This document shows positions 32,700-43,465 of a DNA stretch of 64,000 nucleotides, piece by piece. Below the pieces are notes generated by a model, which saw nothing but the letters and a program-made list of their open reading frames with translations, made no database searches and was not told the origin of the DNA. Source of the DNA: an uncultured Phycisphaerales bacterium (lineage in GTDB: Bacteria; Planctomycetota; Phycisphaerae; Tepidisphaerales; Tepidisphaeraceae); contig CAVWVQ010000003.1 in assembly GCA_963758525.1 (NCBI GenBank), forward strand, positions 3,424,001 through 3,488,000, given 5' to 3'. Each line of letters opens with the position of its first letter. Positions within the stretch are counted from its first letter, which is position 1. A program made the position numbers and the translations under genes.

Positions 32700-32842
32700 G
32701 GGTGTGGCGCTCGAAAGTGGCGATCGGCTCCGAGTAGGGCGGGATTCATCCCGCCGATTTGTTGGCCGGCTGAGAAAACGGCGGGATGAATCCCGCCCTA
32801 CGATCGCAAAATCTGCAATCGCCACAAATAAAAGTTACACCC
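32700..32842 (+). mobile_element. 143-bp MITE, copy 2
   Basis: Perfect 8-bp TSD GCGTCACC at 32692-32699 and 32843-32850. Confidence 0.9.
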
Positions 32843-32976
32843 GCGTCACCTGTCGTCGCGTGTGCTGCGGCAAACCGGCGAAACTGGGGGAATTGGGCAT
32901 GCGATTTTATCGTCCTTTACGTTTGCCTGACGCGGACGTACGTTAGTCCCCGGATCGTTGGCGGGACGGACCGGAC

Positions 32977-33737
32977 ATGAGCCTTTTGGACGACATCACT
33001 CCCGAGCGAATCCCCCGGCACATTGCCGTGATCATGGATGGCAATGGCCGCTGGGCGGTGCAGCGCGGCCTGGAGCGGGTTCGCGGCCATCAACAGGGGG
33101 CGCGGGTCGTGCGGACCATCGTGACGGAGTGTTCACGCATTCGCCGCGAGCGCGGCGGGCCGGATTACCTCACGCTCTACTCATTCAGCCTGGAAAACTG
33201 GAAACGCCCGCCGGGCGAAATCTCGTTTTTGATGCAGATGTACATCGATTATCTGCGGACGGAACGCCCGACGATGATGGAGAACAACATCCGTTTTCGC
33301 CAGATCGGACGACTCGACAATCTTCCCCAACCCGTCCTGGACGAGGTCGAGGCGACACTCGAAGAAACCCGCAAGAACGACGGGCTGACCCTGATGCTTG
33401 CGCTGAATTATGGCAGCCGGGCCGAGATTACCGACGCCGTTCGGGCGATCGCCGAGGAAGTGCGTGACGGCCGGCTTCGGCCCGAGCAGATTCAGGAATC
33501 GACCATCTCCCAGCACCTCTACACTGCCGGCATCCCCGACCCGGATCTTCTGGTGCGCACGGCGGGCGAAATGCGGATCAGCAATTATCTGCTGTGGCAA
33601 ATCAGTTATGCGGAGCTGTTTATCAGCAATGTGCTCTGGCCGGACTTCGGCATCGACAACCTGCACGAAGCGCTGCACGCCTACGCGTCGCGCAACCGGC
33701 GGTTTGTGCGCTGGATCGCACCAATACGCTCCTCTGA
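32977..33737 (+). CDS. uppS: Undecaprenyl diphosphate synthase
   Basis: HIAVIMDGNGRWA, FSLENWKRP, PDPDLLVRTAGEMRISNYLLWQ. Confidence 0.95.
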
Positions 33738-33741
33738 TTTG

Positions 33742-34668
33742 ATGGAACCCGCGCTGAAAAACCGCCTGACGTTTGGTTCGCTGATGCTCGCGGGGCTCTT
33801 TTTCCTGCTCTGGCTTGATGCCGCCGTCGAACGCTGGACCAAGCCCTGGATGATCAACTCGCACAAGGATCACCCGGTGCGCCACGGGCTGGGCGGCGTC
33901 GGGTTGCTGATTGTGCTGATGATTATCCTTCCGCTTGCGGTAACCGAGCTGGCCGCGCTGTTTACTGCTGAGCAGGTGCGTCCGTATCGCATCATCGCCG
34001 CATTCGGGTCCGGAGCCCTGGTGCTCCATGCCTTTCTCACGCAGCTTCCCAAGTTCCAGATCGTTGCGGCTTCCTCGCTGGCGATGATCGTGGTCTCCGT
34101 GATGCTTCTGGCGGCGGGCCGCAGGGCATGGGAACGCCAGACAGACCGCGCCATTCTCCGCATGGCCGGCACTGTGCTCGCGACGCTCTATTTGGGAGGC
34201 CTGGCGTGGTTTCTCATGGCGATCCGCGTCAAGCAATCGTTGTATTTCCACGGCAGCACCATGGTCGTCCTCATGATCCTGCTGGTGGTGAAGTCCACCG
34301 ATATCGGCGCGTACTTTGGCGGTCGAGCACTGGGGCGACGCAAGCTGATCGCCTGGCTCAGCCCCGGCAAGACGTGGGAGGGGCTGATCTGCGGAATGAT
34401 CACCGCCGGATTCGTCGGGATGATCTGCTCGCTGTTCGTACGCGAGGTCTATCTCAGCCCGCACAAGGGATTCATTTTTGGCGTGGTGATCGGCGGAATC
34501 GGACAAGTGGGCGACCTGCTCGAAAGCCTGATGAAGCGCGATGCTGGCATCAAAGACAGCGGGCGGCTCATTCCCGGATTTGGGGGCATTCTGGACGTGA
34601 TTGACAGTCCGCTCTTTGCGGCCCCGTTCGCTTACCTGCTTTTCAGCCTGTTCGCGTTCCGCGCATAA
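33742..34668 (+). CDS. cdsA: Phosphatidate cytidylyltransferase
   Basis: DIGAYFGG, LSPGKTWEG, GDLLESLMKRDAGIKDSG, GGILDVIDS. Confidence 0.93.
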   Translation: MEPALKNRLTFGSLMLAGLFFLLWLDAAVERWTKPWMINSHKDHPVRHGLGGVGLLIVLMIILPLAVTELAALFTAEQVRPYRIIAAFGSGALVLHAFLTQLPKFQIVAASSLAMIVVSVMLLAAGRRAWERQTDRAILRMAGTVLATLYLGGLAWFLMAIRVKQSLYFHGSTMVVLMILLVVKSTDIGAYFGGRALGRRKLIAWLSPGKTWEGLICGMITAGFVGMICSLFVREVYLSPHKGFIFGVVIGGIGQVGDLLESLMKRDAGIKDSGRLIPGFGGILDVIDSPLFAAPFAYLLFSLFAFRA

Positions 34669-34841
34669 CCGTCATATCTGGCATAGGTTGCAGCTCATCG
34701 GCAACTTGGACCTCGCTGCGCGATGTTATTGGAACACACGCTTCTCGACATCCTGGCGCGGATTGGCAACAATGTCCCCGAACCAACTGCGATGAGCCAA
34801 GGCAAAAATGCCAATGGCATAAACGTTGTTCTCTCCGAACC

Positions 34842-35783
34842 GTGGACCTCAATATCACTGTCGAGCAGCCGGATAAGAAGCTGGCCCTGTTTGGGTCTGC
34901 AGATCGGCATTTGCGCATGATTCGCGACACGTTCGGCGTTCAAGTCGTCAGCCGGGAGGACGAATTGCGCCTCTCGGGCGACCGCACGCAGGTCGGTCGG
35001 GCGGCAGCAGTGTTGGAACAGATGCAGCGCAAGCTGCGCCGCCAGGACTGGCTGAGCGTGGAAGACGTCGGCGGCGCGATCGGCAGCGCGGTTGACGAGA
35101 TGCGCGAGCGCTCCGCCGACGAGATCGACGTCTACGCCAAAGGGCATGCGATCCGGCCCAAGACCGAGGGCCAGAAGCGCTATTTCCACGCGATCCAGAA
35201 TCACGACCTGACTTTCTGCATCGGACCGGCCGGCACGGGAAAAACGTATCTGGCCGTCGCTGCCGCCGCGAGCATGCTCAAGACCGGCCGCGCCCGCCGG
35301 CTGGTGCTGGCGCGCCCCGCCGTCGAGGCGGGCGAACGCCTTGGGTTTCTCCCGGGCGATCTGCAGGCGAAGGTGAATCCCTACCTTCGGCCCCTCTTTG
35401 ACGCGTTGCACGACATGATGGATTTTGACCAGGTGAAGCGATTCATGGTCAATGATGTGATCGAGGTCATCCCGCTGGCGTTTATGCGGGGGCGAACCCT
35501 CAACGAATGCGTGGTCATCCTTGATGAAGCGCAGAACACGACCGCCGCCCAGATGCTGATGTTCCTGACGCGTCTGGGGCATGATTCGAAGATGATCGTC
35601 ACCGGCGACGCAACCCAGGTCGACCTCCCGGACGGCACGCGCAGCGGTCTGGTCGACGCGATCGGCAAGCTCCGGGGAATCAAGGGAATTGGAATCGTCG
35701 AGCTCGAACAGAGTGACATCGTTCGGCATCGGCTAGTGCAAAGCATTGTCAACGCCTACGAAAGGAGCGGCGGCCAGTCCTAG
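34842..35783 (+). CDS. phoH: PhoH family ATPase
   Basis: GPAGTGKTYLA, RPAVEAGE.LGFLPG, LAFMRGRTL, ILDEAQN. Confidence 0.95.
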   Translation: MDLNITVEQPDKKLALFGSADRHLRMIRDTFGVQVVSREDELRLSGDRTQVGRAAAVLEQMQRKLRRQDWLSVEDVGGAIGSAVDEMRERSADEIDVYAKGHAIRPKTEGQKRYFHAIQNHDLTFCIGPAGTGKTYLAVAAAASMLKTGRARRLVLARPAVEAGERLGFLPGDLQAKVNPYLRPLFDALHDMMDFDQVKRFMVNDVIEVIPLAFMRGRTLNECVVILDEAQNTTAAQMLMFLTRLGHDSKMIVTGDATQVDLPDGTRSGLVDAIGKLRGIKGIGIVELEQSDIVRHRLVQSIVNAYERSGGQS

Positions 35784-35801
35784 ACTGGAACGCCGCATTG
35801 A

Positions 35802-38102
35802 ATGATGCCTTCCATCGAGTCCAGCCGGGCCCGCCGCGAGGAAATCCGCCGCAAGAGCCGCGCGGAAACCTCCGGATTCCGCGTGCACCATCTCCGCCAG
35901 GACGGGGTGGTCGAATCCATCTGCATCGCAGCCGTCTTCTTCCTCGTGGCGACGATGATTCTGGTGCTCCGCCAGGGCGTGATGCAGTATCGCCCCGGGC
36001 AGTGGGTTGCCAGCGACATCGTGAGCCGGGTTGCTTTTGGCTACAACGATCCCGACCAGCTCCTCCGCGCCCAGCGCGACCGCGCCGATCAGGAGCCGCG
36101 GGTCTATCACGCGATTCCCAACACCGATATCTGGGCTTCACTGGAGCAGTCGCTGCTGGATCTTCCCGACAAGTTGGCCGTCGGCAGCCAGGATTCGCAG
36201 CCGAAGGAATTGCGCGACATTTTCGACAGCGGCTCCATCACTGCATTGCGCCGATATCTCGCCCCCGAGCAGCGCAAGGGCTACGTCCGCCGGGTGACGG
36301 CATACGTGCAGGCGCTGCGGGAGTATCGGATTGTTGCGGGCGGCCAGAAATGGCCCATCTATATTCTTCCTGCTGATCAGCGCATGCAGGACATCCGTGC
36401 GCATCGTGATATTCACATCGACAACGCCGGCATTATCGCTCCCGAGCGCACGTTCGCCCCGCAATCCGACGACTTGCGGGCGATTCTCGCAGACGTGGTG
36501 CAAGCCCATTTCCTGCTGTCTCTGCGGCCGATGATCGTGGACTACACCCTTGCGGTGCTCCAGCCCAATTACCAGTACGATGACTTCGCCACCGCCGAGG
36601 CGCGTCAATCGGCGTTCAGCAGCGTGTCGCCCAATGCCGGTCAGCGCCATTATCCCGCCGACTTCATGCTCGTTCCCGGTTCCAGGACGCTGACGACACA
36701 GGACTGGCAACTGCTCAAGGCGGAAAACGATCAATATCTGCGGACGATCAAGGGAACCCGCTGGAGCGCGAAGCTCGGAACCGCCCTGTTCGCGCTGATC
36801 ATGACCATTGTGATCAGCGGCTACATCGTGCGCTATCAGCCGAGGATCGTGACGAATCACGCCCGCGCCATCGCCATCGCGGGCCTGCTGCTGGCGATGC
36901 TGCTGCTCAATCAGCTTGCCGGGCTGAGCAACGGGCCGCTCTATCTGTTCGGAATCGCGCCGACGCTGCTGGTGGCGATGATTCTGACGATTGCCTACGA
37001 CCAGCGATTCGGCATCGGCATTGCCAGCATGCACGGCACCCTCGCGGCCCTGGCGCTCAATGAAGGCGTGCCGTTCTTCATCATCATCTGGGTTGGAGTG
37101 CTGGTAACCTGCTTCATGCTCGATGAAATCCGCACCCGCAGCAAACTGATCGAAGTCGGCGGCGCCGCGGCGCTGGCGATGGTCGTTGCCACGGCAGCTT
37201 CCGGACTGATCGAGTTTGACCCATGGCCATTCGTTCTGCAGAACTGCCTCTACGCAGGCGCGGCCGGCTTGGCCGTGGGCTTTGTGGTGCTCGGAATTCT
37301 CCCCTTTGTTGAGAAGGCGTTCCGCATCACCACTTCGATGACACTGCTCGAACTGGCGGATGTGAGCCAGCCGCTGCTCCGCCGGCTGCAGAGCGAAGCG
37401 CCCGGGACCTACAACCACAGCCTTCAGGTTGCCACGCTCAGCGAAGCCGCGGCGGCGGCGATCGGCGCCAACGCGCTGCTCTGCCGGGTCGCGGCGTACT
37501 ACCACGACGTCGGCAAGATGAACAAAGCCGAGTACTTCGTCGAAAATCAGAGCGGCGGAGAAAGCCGCCATCTCAACCTCAGCCCCAACGTGTCGCTGAT
37601 GATCATTACCGGGCATGTTCGCGACGGCGTCGAGCTGGCGCATGAGTACAACCTGCCCACCAGCATCGTCCCATTTATTCAGCAGCATCACGGCACGACG
37701 CTCGTCGAATTCTTCTATCGCGCGGCATGCTCCCAGCACGAGCAGCAGCAGCCGGACATGCCGGCCATCAGTGAGCATCAATTCCGCTACCCCGGTCCCA
37801 AGCCCAGAACGCGCGAGGTGGCGGTCGTGATGCTGGCCGATGCTGTCGAGAGCGCGACCCGCACCCTGGTGGAGCCCAATGCGAGCCGCATTGAGGCGCT
37901 GGTGCATGACCTGGCGATGAAACGGCTGATCGACGGTCAGTTCGACGAATGCGCCCTGACCATGAAGGATCTGGAGCAGATGGAGCGGTCGATGATCAAA
38001 ACCCTCGTCGCGTTTTACCACGGGCGCATCGCCTACCCCTCCACTGCCGGCCTTTCCGCGGCGCCCGGTTCGTCGCAGGGGCCAGCGATGCGGAGCGCAT
38101 GA
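35802..38102 (+). CDS. 7TM-HDIG membrane phosphohydrolase (PgpH-like)
   Basis: APGTYNHS, YYHDVGK, FVENQ, QHHGT, FRYPGPKP, MLAD. Confidence 0.92.
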   Translation: MMPSIESSRARREEIRRKSRAETSGFRVHHLRQDGVVESICIAAVFFLVATMILVLRQGVMQYRPGQWVASDIVSRVAFGYNDPDQLLRAQRDRADQEPRVYHAIPNTDIWASLEQSLLDLPDKLAVGSQDSQPKELRDIFDSGSITALRRYLAPEQRKGYVRRVTAYVQALREYRIVAGGQKWPIYILPADQRMQDIRAHRDIHIDNAGIIAPERTFAPQSDDLRAILADVVQAHFLLSLRPMIVDYTLAVLQPNYQYDDFATAEARQSAFSSVSPNAGQRHYPADFMLVPGSRTLTTQDWQLLKAENDQYLRTIKGTRWSAKLGTALFALIMTIVISGYIVRYQPRIVTNHARAIAIAGLLLAMLLLNQLAGLSNGPLYLFGIAPTLLVAMILTIAYDQRFGIGIASMHGTLAALALNEGVPFFIIIWVGVLVTCFMLDEIRTRSKLIEVGGAAALAMVVATAASGLIEFDPWPFVLQNCLYAGAAGLAVGFVVLGILPFVEKAFRITTSMTLLELADVSQPLLRRLQSEAPGTYNHSLQVATLSEAAAAAIGANALLCRVAAYYHDVGKMNKAEYFVENQSGGESRHLNLSPNVSLMIITGHVRDGVELAHEYNLPTSIVPFIQQHHGTTLVEFFYRAACSQHEQQQPDMPAISEHQFRYPGPKPRTREVAVVMLADAVESATRTLVEPNASRIEALVHDLAMKRLIDGQFDECALTMKDLEQMERSMIKTLVAFYHGRIAYPSTAGLSAAPGSSQGPAMRSA

Positions 38103-38620
38103 CCCGAAGCTCTCAGATTTCACGCAGCGCCGACTCCGTCTCCAAGCTCGATCTGGCGATTTCCACCACCGCAAGCGCCGCCAAGTTCGTTCCGCTGCTG
38201 CGGACCAGCCTGCGCAAAGTTCACGCAATGCTGCGGCCCAGCCTGGGGGAGTTATCAGTCGCACTGATCGGCGACAGGCAAATGTCAGAACTGCACCACG
38301 AGTTTCTGGGAATTGTCGGCCCGACCGATGTGCTGACTTTCACGCTGGAGACAGATCCGCGTGGACGGGTAACCTCTGGGGAAATAGCGATTTGCGTTCC
38401 GGAAGCCCGCCGCCAGGCACGACAGCGCGGTGGAAAAGTGGAACATGAGGTGCTCCTCTATGCCGTGCATGGCGTGTTGCATCTGTGCGGCTTCAGCGAT
38501 AAAACCGACCGGGGTTTTCAGGCCATGCATCGCCGCGAAGATCAGATTCTCACCGCTTTGGGAATAGGGCCTGTTTTCCGCCCCGCGCCAGCCCGCCGCC
38601 AACGCCGTGGAGTTCGTTGA
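38099..38620 (+). CDS. ybeY: rRNA maturation RNase YbeY
   Basis: PTDVLTF, HGVLHLCGF; the third His appears as S (GFSD). Confidence 0.85.
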   Translation: MTRSSQISRSADSVSKLDLAISTTASAAKFVPLLRTSLRKVHAMLRPSLGELSVALIGDRQMSELHHEFLGIVGPTDVLTFTLETDPRGRVTSGEIAICVPEARRQARQRGGKVEHEVLLYAVHGVLHLCGFSDKTDRGFQAMHRREDQILTALGIGPVFRPAPARRQRRGVR

Positions 38621-39891
38621 TGCCTGCGTATTTCTATGTGACGGCGGTCGCCGCGGCTTCTCTCGCGTCCTTGCTTTTTGCCACGCTGAACTACGCACTG
38701 CGCGACATCTCCCGCCTGCGGCTCGAACAATACCTCGAGCGGCAAGGCCGACTACGCTGGCTGGAGCCCACCATCCAACGCCGCGGCGAACTGTTGATCG
38801 TCACCGCGGTCGTCCGTCTCATCAGCAATACCCTCATCGCGCTCACCCTCTTTGACGGCCTGCACCGCGCCCTCGATCACCCTGTGCTTGCGTTCTGGCT
38901 CGCTGCGGCAATTTCGCTGGTTCTGACATTCTTCTTCTCCGTGGCGCTCCCCCACGCACTGGCGGAAATTGCCGGCGTCCCGTTCGTCGGCGCCGCCGCG
39001 GCGCCGCTGCATGTGCTTGCCAAGGCGCTGACGCCCTTCACCAGCATCACCAATCTCGTTGAAAACCGGGTGCAGAACACCATGGGCGATTCTGAAGCAT
39101 CCGAGCCGGCCAAGATCGAGGAAGAGTTGCTGGCCGTCGTCGAAGAGGGTGAAAAGGAAGGCGTCGTCGACAAGCAGGAGCGCGTCATTATCGAATCCGC
39201 CATCGGATTTCACGACACCACGGTCGGCCGGATCATGAGCCCGCGCGCCGACATCGAGGCGCTGCCGGTCGATTCGACTCTGGAACAGATTCAGGCCGAG
39301 ATCAGGAAGACCGGCCACTCCCGCATCCCCGTGTACCGCGGCACGCTCGATCAGATCGTCGGCATTCTTTACGCACGCGATCTGTTGCACCTTCTGGGCA
39401 AAACGCCCGCCGCCTTTGACATCAAGTCGATCACCCGCCCCGCCCTGTTCATCCCGGAGACCAAGACGCTCCGCGATCTGCTGCATGATTTCCGCCTGCA
39501 GAAGGTGCACATCGCGATTGTGCTGGACGAATACGGGAGCACCGCCGGCTTGATCACCATTGAAGACATGCTCAAGCAGTTGCTGGGCGACATCAGCGAC
39601 GAGCATGAGCCGCTGGAGCCGCCGATGTTCCGCAGGATTGACGATCAGATCAGCGAAGCAGACGCGCGGCTGCGGATCGATGAATTGAATCGGCTTACGG
39701 GGCTGTCGCTCCCTGAGGATGCCGGGTACGAAACACTGGGCGGCTTCATCTCAACAACGCTCGGTCGAATCCCCAAGGCCGGCGTTGTGCTCGAGCACTC
39801 CGGCGCGAAGTTCACCGTCCTTGATGCCGAGCCTCAAAAGGTCAATCGCCTGCGGGTTGAGCTGCTGCCCGTGCCGCAGCCGGTGAGTTAG
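38620..39891 (+). CDS. Hemolysin/CorC family protein (DUF21-CBS-CorC)
   Basis: IMSPR, GHSRIPVY, AIVLDEYG, ITIED, YETLGG. Confidence 0.92.
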   Translation: MPAYFYVTAVAAASLASLLFATLNYALRDISRLRLEQYLERQGRLRWLEPTIQRRGELLIVTAVVRLISNTLIALTLFDGLHRALDHPVLAFWLAAAISLVLTFFFSVALPHALAEIAGVPFVGAAAAPLHVLAKALTPFTSITNLVENRVQNTMGDSEASEPAKIEEELLAVVEEGEKEGVVDKQERVIIESAIGFHDTTVGRIMSPRADIEALPVDSTLEQIQAEIRKTGHSRIPVYRGTLDQIVGILYARDLLHLLGKTPAAFDIKSITRPALFIPETKTLRDLLHDFRLQKVHIAIVLDEYGSTAGLITIEDMLKQLLGDISDEHEPLEPPMFRRIDDQISEADARLRIDELNRLTGLSLPEDAGYETLGGFISTTLGRIPKAGVVLEHSGAKFTVLDAEPQKVNRLRVELLPVPQPVS

Positions 39892-39982
39892 TCCCCCTTT
39901 CACAACCCTACTTCTGATCCGTGCCACAATCTGTCGAAACTTCGCGCGCTGCGCAAATGTTCCTGGCCGACAATAAGCCAAA

Positions 39983-41034
39983 GATAAAGAGCCGCGAAGA
40001 CGCGAAGCAGCGAAGACAAACGCGAAGGAAGACAATTCAATTGCACATAAAAGCCAAAGCAAAATCCCGGGGATTCCAGCCCTGCGTTTTCTTACCTTCG
40101 TTTCTGTCTTCGCGCCTTCGCGCCTTCGCGGCTCTTCCTCTTGCGGCTTGCCGCGCTGGGATAAAGAGCCGCGAAGACGCGAAGCAGCGAAGACAAACGC
40201 GAAGGAAGACAATTCAATTGCACATAAAAGCCAAAGCAAAATCCCTGAGCTTCCGGCCCTGGGTTTTCTTACCTTTCGCTTCTGTCTTCGCGCCTTCGCG
40301 CCTTCGCGGCTCTTCCTCTTGCGGCTTGCCGCGCTGGGATAAAGAGCCGCGAAGACGCGAAGCAGCGAAGACAAACGCGAAGGAAGACAATTCAATTGCA
40401 CATAAAAGCCAAAGGCAAAATCCCGGGGGCTTCCAGCCCTGCGTTTTCTTACCTTCGCTTCTGTCTTCGCGCCTTCGCGCCTTCGCGGCTCTTCCTCTTG
40501 CGGCTTGCCGCGCTGGGATAAAGAGCAGCGAAGACGCGAAGCAGCGAAGACAAACGCGAAGGAAGACAATTCAATTGCACATAAAAGCCAAAGCAAAATC
40601 CCTGAGCTTCCAGCCCTGCGTTTTCTTACCTTCGCTTCTGTCTTCGCGCCTTCGCGCCTTCGCGGCTCTTTCTCTTGCGGCTTGCCGCGCTGGGATAAAG
40701 AGCCGCGAAGACGCGAAGCAGCGAAGACAAACGCGAAGGAAGACAATTCAATTGCACATAAAAGCCAAAGGCAAAATCCCGGGGGCTTCCAGCCCTGCGT
40801 TTTCTTACCTTCGCTTCTGTCTTCGCGCCTTCGCGCCTTCGCGGCTCTTCCTCTTGCGGCTTGCCGCGCTGGGATAAAGAGCAGCGAAGACGCGAAGCAG
40901 CGAAGACAAACGCGAAGGAAGACAATTCAATTGCACATAAAAACCAAAGGCAAAATCCCGGGGCTTCCGGCCCTGCGTTTTCTTACCTTCGCTTCTGTCT
41001 TCGCGCCTTCGCGCCTTCGCGGCTCTTCCTCTTG
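39983..41034. repeat. Tandem array of ~5.9 units of 177-179 bp, each internally palindromic
   Basis: Units start at 39983, 40160, 40338, 40517, 40694, 40873; arms AAGAGCCGCGAAGACGCGAAG / CTTCGCGCCTTCGCGGCTCTT. Confidence 0.95.
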
Positions 41035-41068
41035 GGACCTCAGTGTAATCCGTGGTGAATGACCTGGC

Positions 41069-42046
41069 CTAATCCCCCGGCAGCCGATACAGATCGCCGA
41101 ACTCCCGGTACCAGGCCACGAACTGCCGCAGTCCCTCCGCCAGCGGGGTCGTTGGCTGATATCCTAATTCGGCGCTAGACCGCGTCAGATCGGCAAACGT
41201 CCGCTCCACATCGCCAGGCTGCGAAGGCCGTTGCTCGATGATTGCCTTCTTCCCCACCGCGGTCTCGATCGCGGCAATCAAACCGGAGAGCGTGATCGGC
41301 TCCGAGCCGCCGAGGTTGTAGATGCGATACCGGTCGCAATGATCCAGGCTCGACAGAATTCCCGCGACGATGTCCTTGATAAACGTGTAATCCCGGCTCG
41401 TCGTCCCATCGCCGAACATCGGCACCGGCTTGCCATGGTCGATCAGTCGGATGAACTTATGGATCGCCAGGTCGGGCCGTTGCCGCGGCCCATACACCGT
41501 AAAAAACCGCAGGCAGAACACCGGAAGCTTGTAGAGATGCCAATACGCATGGCAGAGCAATTCGCCCGACCGCTTCGTCGCCGCGTACGGACTGATCGGC
41601 TCCGCGACCGGATCCTCCTCGTGAAACGGCACCCGCCCCAGATTGCCATACACGCTTGAACTGGAGGCGAAGAGGAATTTGCCGACCTTGTGATTGACGG
41701 CCGCCTGCAGCAGATGCGTCGTCCCCTCCACATTGACCCGCGCATAATACCCCGGCTGCTCGATTGACGGCCGCACCCCCGCCATCGCCGCCAGATGCAG
41801 AATCGCCAGCGGCCGCGTCCGCGCCACCAACTGGTCGATCCGCGGCCCGTCGATGATGTCGATTTCCTCAACATCGACCGGCTCCCCATGGATGCTCTTC
41901 AGATTGGTTTCCTTCCACGTGCGGTCGTAGAAGTCGCAGAAATTATCGACGCCGATGACGCGGTACCCGCGCTCGAGCAGCGCTTGCGCCGCGTGCGAGC
42001 CGATAAAGCCCGCCGCTCCGGTGACGAGAATGTTCTGCCTGGGCAT
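41069..42046 (-). CDS. NAD-dependent epimerase (UDP-glucuronate 4-epimerase-like)
   Basis: TGAAGFIG, HLAAMAGVRPS, YAATK, RFFTVYGPRQRPD. Confidence 0.93.
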   Translation of the reverse strand: MPRQNILVTGAAGFIGSHAAQALLERGYRVIGVDNFCDFYDRTWKETNLKSIHGEPVDVEEIDIIDGPRIDQLVARTRPLAILHLAAMAGVRPSIEQPGYYARVNVEGTTHLLQAAVNHKVGKFLFASSSSVYGNLGRVPFHEEDPVAEPISPYAATKRSGELLCHAYWHLYKLPVFCLRFFTVYGPRQRPDLAIHKFIRLIDHGKPVPMFGDGTTSRDYTFIKDIVAGILSSLDHCDRYRIYNLGGSEPITLSGLIAAIETAVGKKAIIEQRPSQPGDVERTFADLTRSSAELGYQPTTPLAEGLRQFVAWYREFGDLYRLPGD

Positions 42047-42154
42047 CGCGGGGAGTCTAAAAGCCGAGGAGATGAAATGCCAGTGATGACGGCTCATTTG
42101 GGTTCATTGACGTTCATTGACGCGGCGTCAGGCGCAAGCCGGGCTTGCGGAGGG

Positions 42155-42376
42155 GAATCCAAGGAGGAACTGGCTGCGTTGCGCCGCGCGGTTGCTCGCG
42201 GCCGTCCCCACGGCGATGATCGCTGATCACAGCGGACGGCCAGGGCGCTGGGGACGGAAAGCTCCTTGCGCCCAATTGGCCGCCCGAGGACATCAAAGTC
42301 GCGCAAGAAGAAAGAATGATGCGGATGCCGGAACATTGGCTTATGACCCCTTTCCTCACTCCCCCTTTCCTCACTC
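42155..42376 (+). pseudogene. C-terminal remnant of a RAYT-like transposase with its right end
   Basis: ESKEELAALRRAVARGRPHGDDR*SQRTARALG..SLRPIGRPR aligns to the C-terminus of 43532-44203; followed by TTATGACCCCTTTCC with a 15-bp duplication. Confidence 0.65.
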
Positions 42377-43239
42377 TAGCCGTACAACAAAGAGATGCCG
42401 CGCACGAGAGCAGCTTCCGATTCACTTTCTGCTCTTGCCCGTCGCCTCTCTCTTTCCCTTTTTGTGTTTTTGTGTTTTTTGTGGCCATTCGCTGATTGAT
42501 CCCAACGCGCTCGGCCATGGTCTGCGCACATCGTCAATCAGAGTGCGACTTGGTGCTGAACCCGCGGCTGTCCCAGCGGATCTGTTGTCATTGCCTCACC
42601 GTATCATTTTCGCTCGACGCGATGCGACATTGATTGGCCTCCGGCTTCTCCGCTGCCAACGATTCGGTCTGTTCGAGGCGTAGGGTCCGCTCGGCGGCTC
42701 CTAAGGTACGCCTCGAATGGCCGAAAGCGGCGAGCCGCCGTGCGGACCATTCCTCGACTTCCGCGAGAATCCTCGACGGCGCTCTCCGCTGTCCATAATG
42801 AGTTATCCATTCAACCCGTTTCTAACAGCTGTCGCAGACGGTAATCCACCTTGATTGCGTGTGTCCAAAAGCCGACGGATCCTCCGTCGGAACTGCTCTG
42901 CGCCTGGGCCGCAGCCGATGTCTCGAACTCCTGACTCCTGGGTTCCCTCTCCTCTCCTCCGGCCCCGATTCGTGGCGTTGAAACTACGAAATCCCCCGTC
43001 TGCGATGCGACGTTTACTGTCGCCCGAATTTTGCAATCAGGACGTCCAGACCCCAGCTTCCCCCGCAAAGTGGCACGAAGTGGCACATTATTTTCCGAGC
43101 CCGACCGTGCTTTCAGCGGATTTCCCTCCTCGTTTAGCCGGTGGGCATGCCCGCCGTGTCGCCGCAGGCGAACCGATTTCCAAAACCACGCAGTGTCCTG
43201 CGCTATCCGATGCGCCGCGAAAACTTCTAACCGGACGAA

Positions 43240-43378
43240 ACTTGCAACGGCTCACCATCACACATGTCCGGCGATGGGTGGAACATCACCATCGGGTGGG
43301 ATATGGATCGGTCTATCAGGGCCGCTACAAGTCCTTCCCCGTCCAGGACGATGCGCATTTCTCCACGCTGGTGCGAAG
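43240..43378 (+). pseudogene. Internal fragment of a RAYT-like transposase
   Basis: LQRLTITHVRRW..GSVYQGRYKSFPVQDDAHF. Confidence 0.75.
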
Positions 43379-43465
43379 CCGGCAGAGGAGATTCCCCTGT
43401 AGTAGCAAGGCCGTCCCGGCTGTGATTCAAAAGCCACAGCCGAGACGGCTGTGCTGCAGCCTGCA

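Noticed and set aside
32977..34668. Apparent UppS-CdsA fusion protein (563 aa)
   Set aside because: Adding one G at ~33706 restores the usual RRFG ending and a stop at 33735-33737 just before the cdsA ATG (33742), so it is probably an indel artefact.
36138..38264. Long antisense ORFs (also 51946-53373, 56740-58398, 33181-34506)
   Set aside because: Shadow ORFs of GC-rich genes with clear products on the other strand.
39983..41034. CRISPR array or repeat-protein CDS
   Set aside because: Units are ~178 bp and almost identical throughout, with no unique spacers and no cas genes. Unit lengths vary (177-179 bp) and break frame, so the ORFs are spurious.
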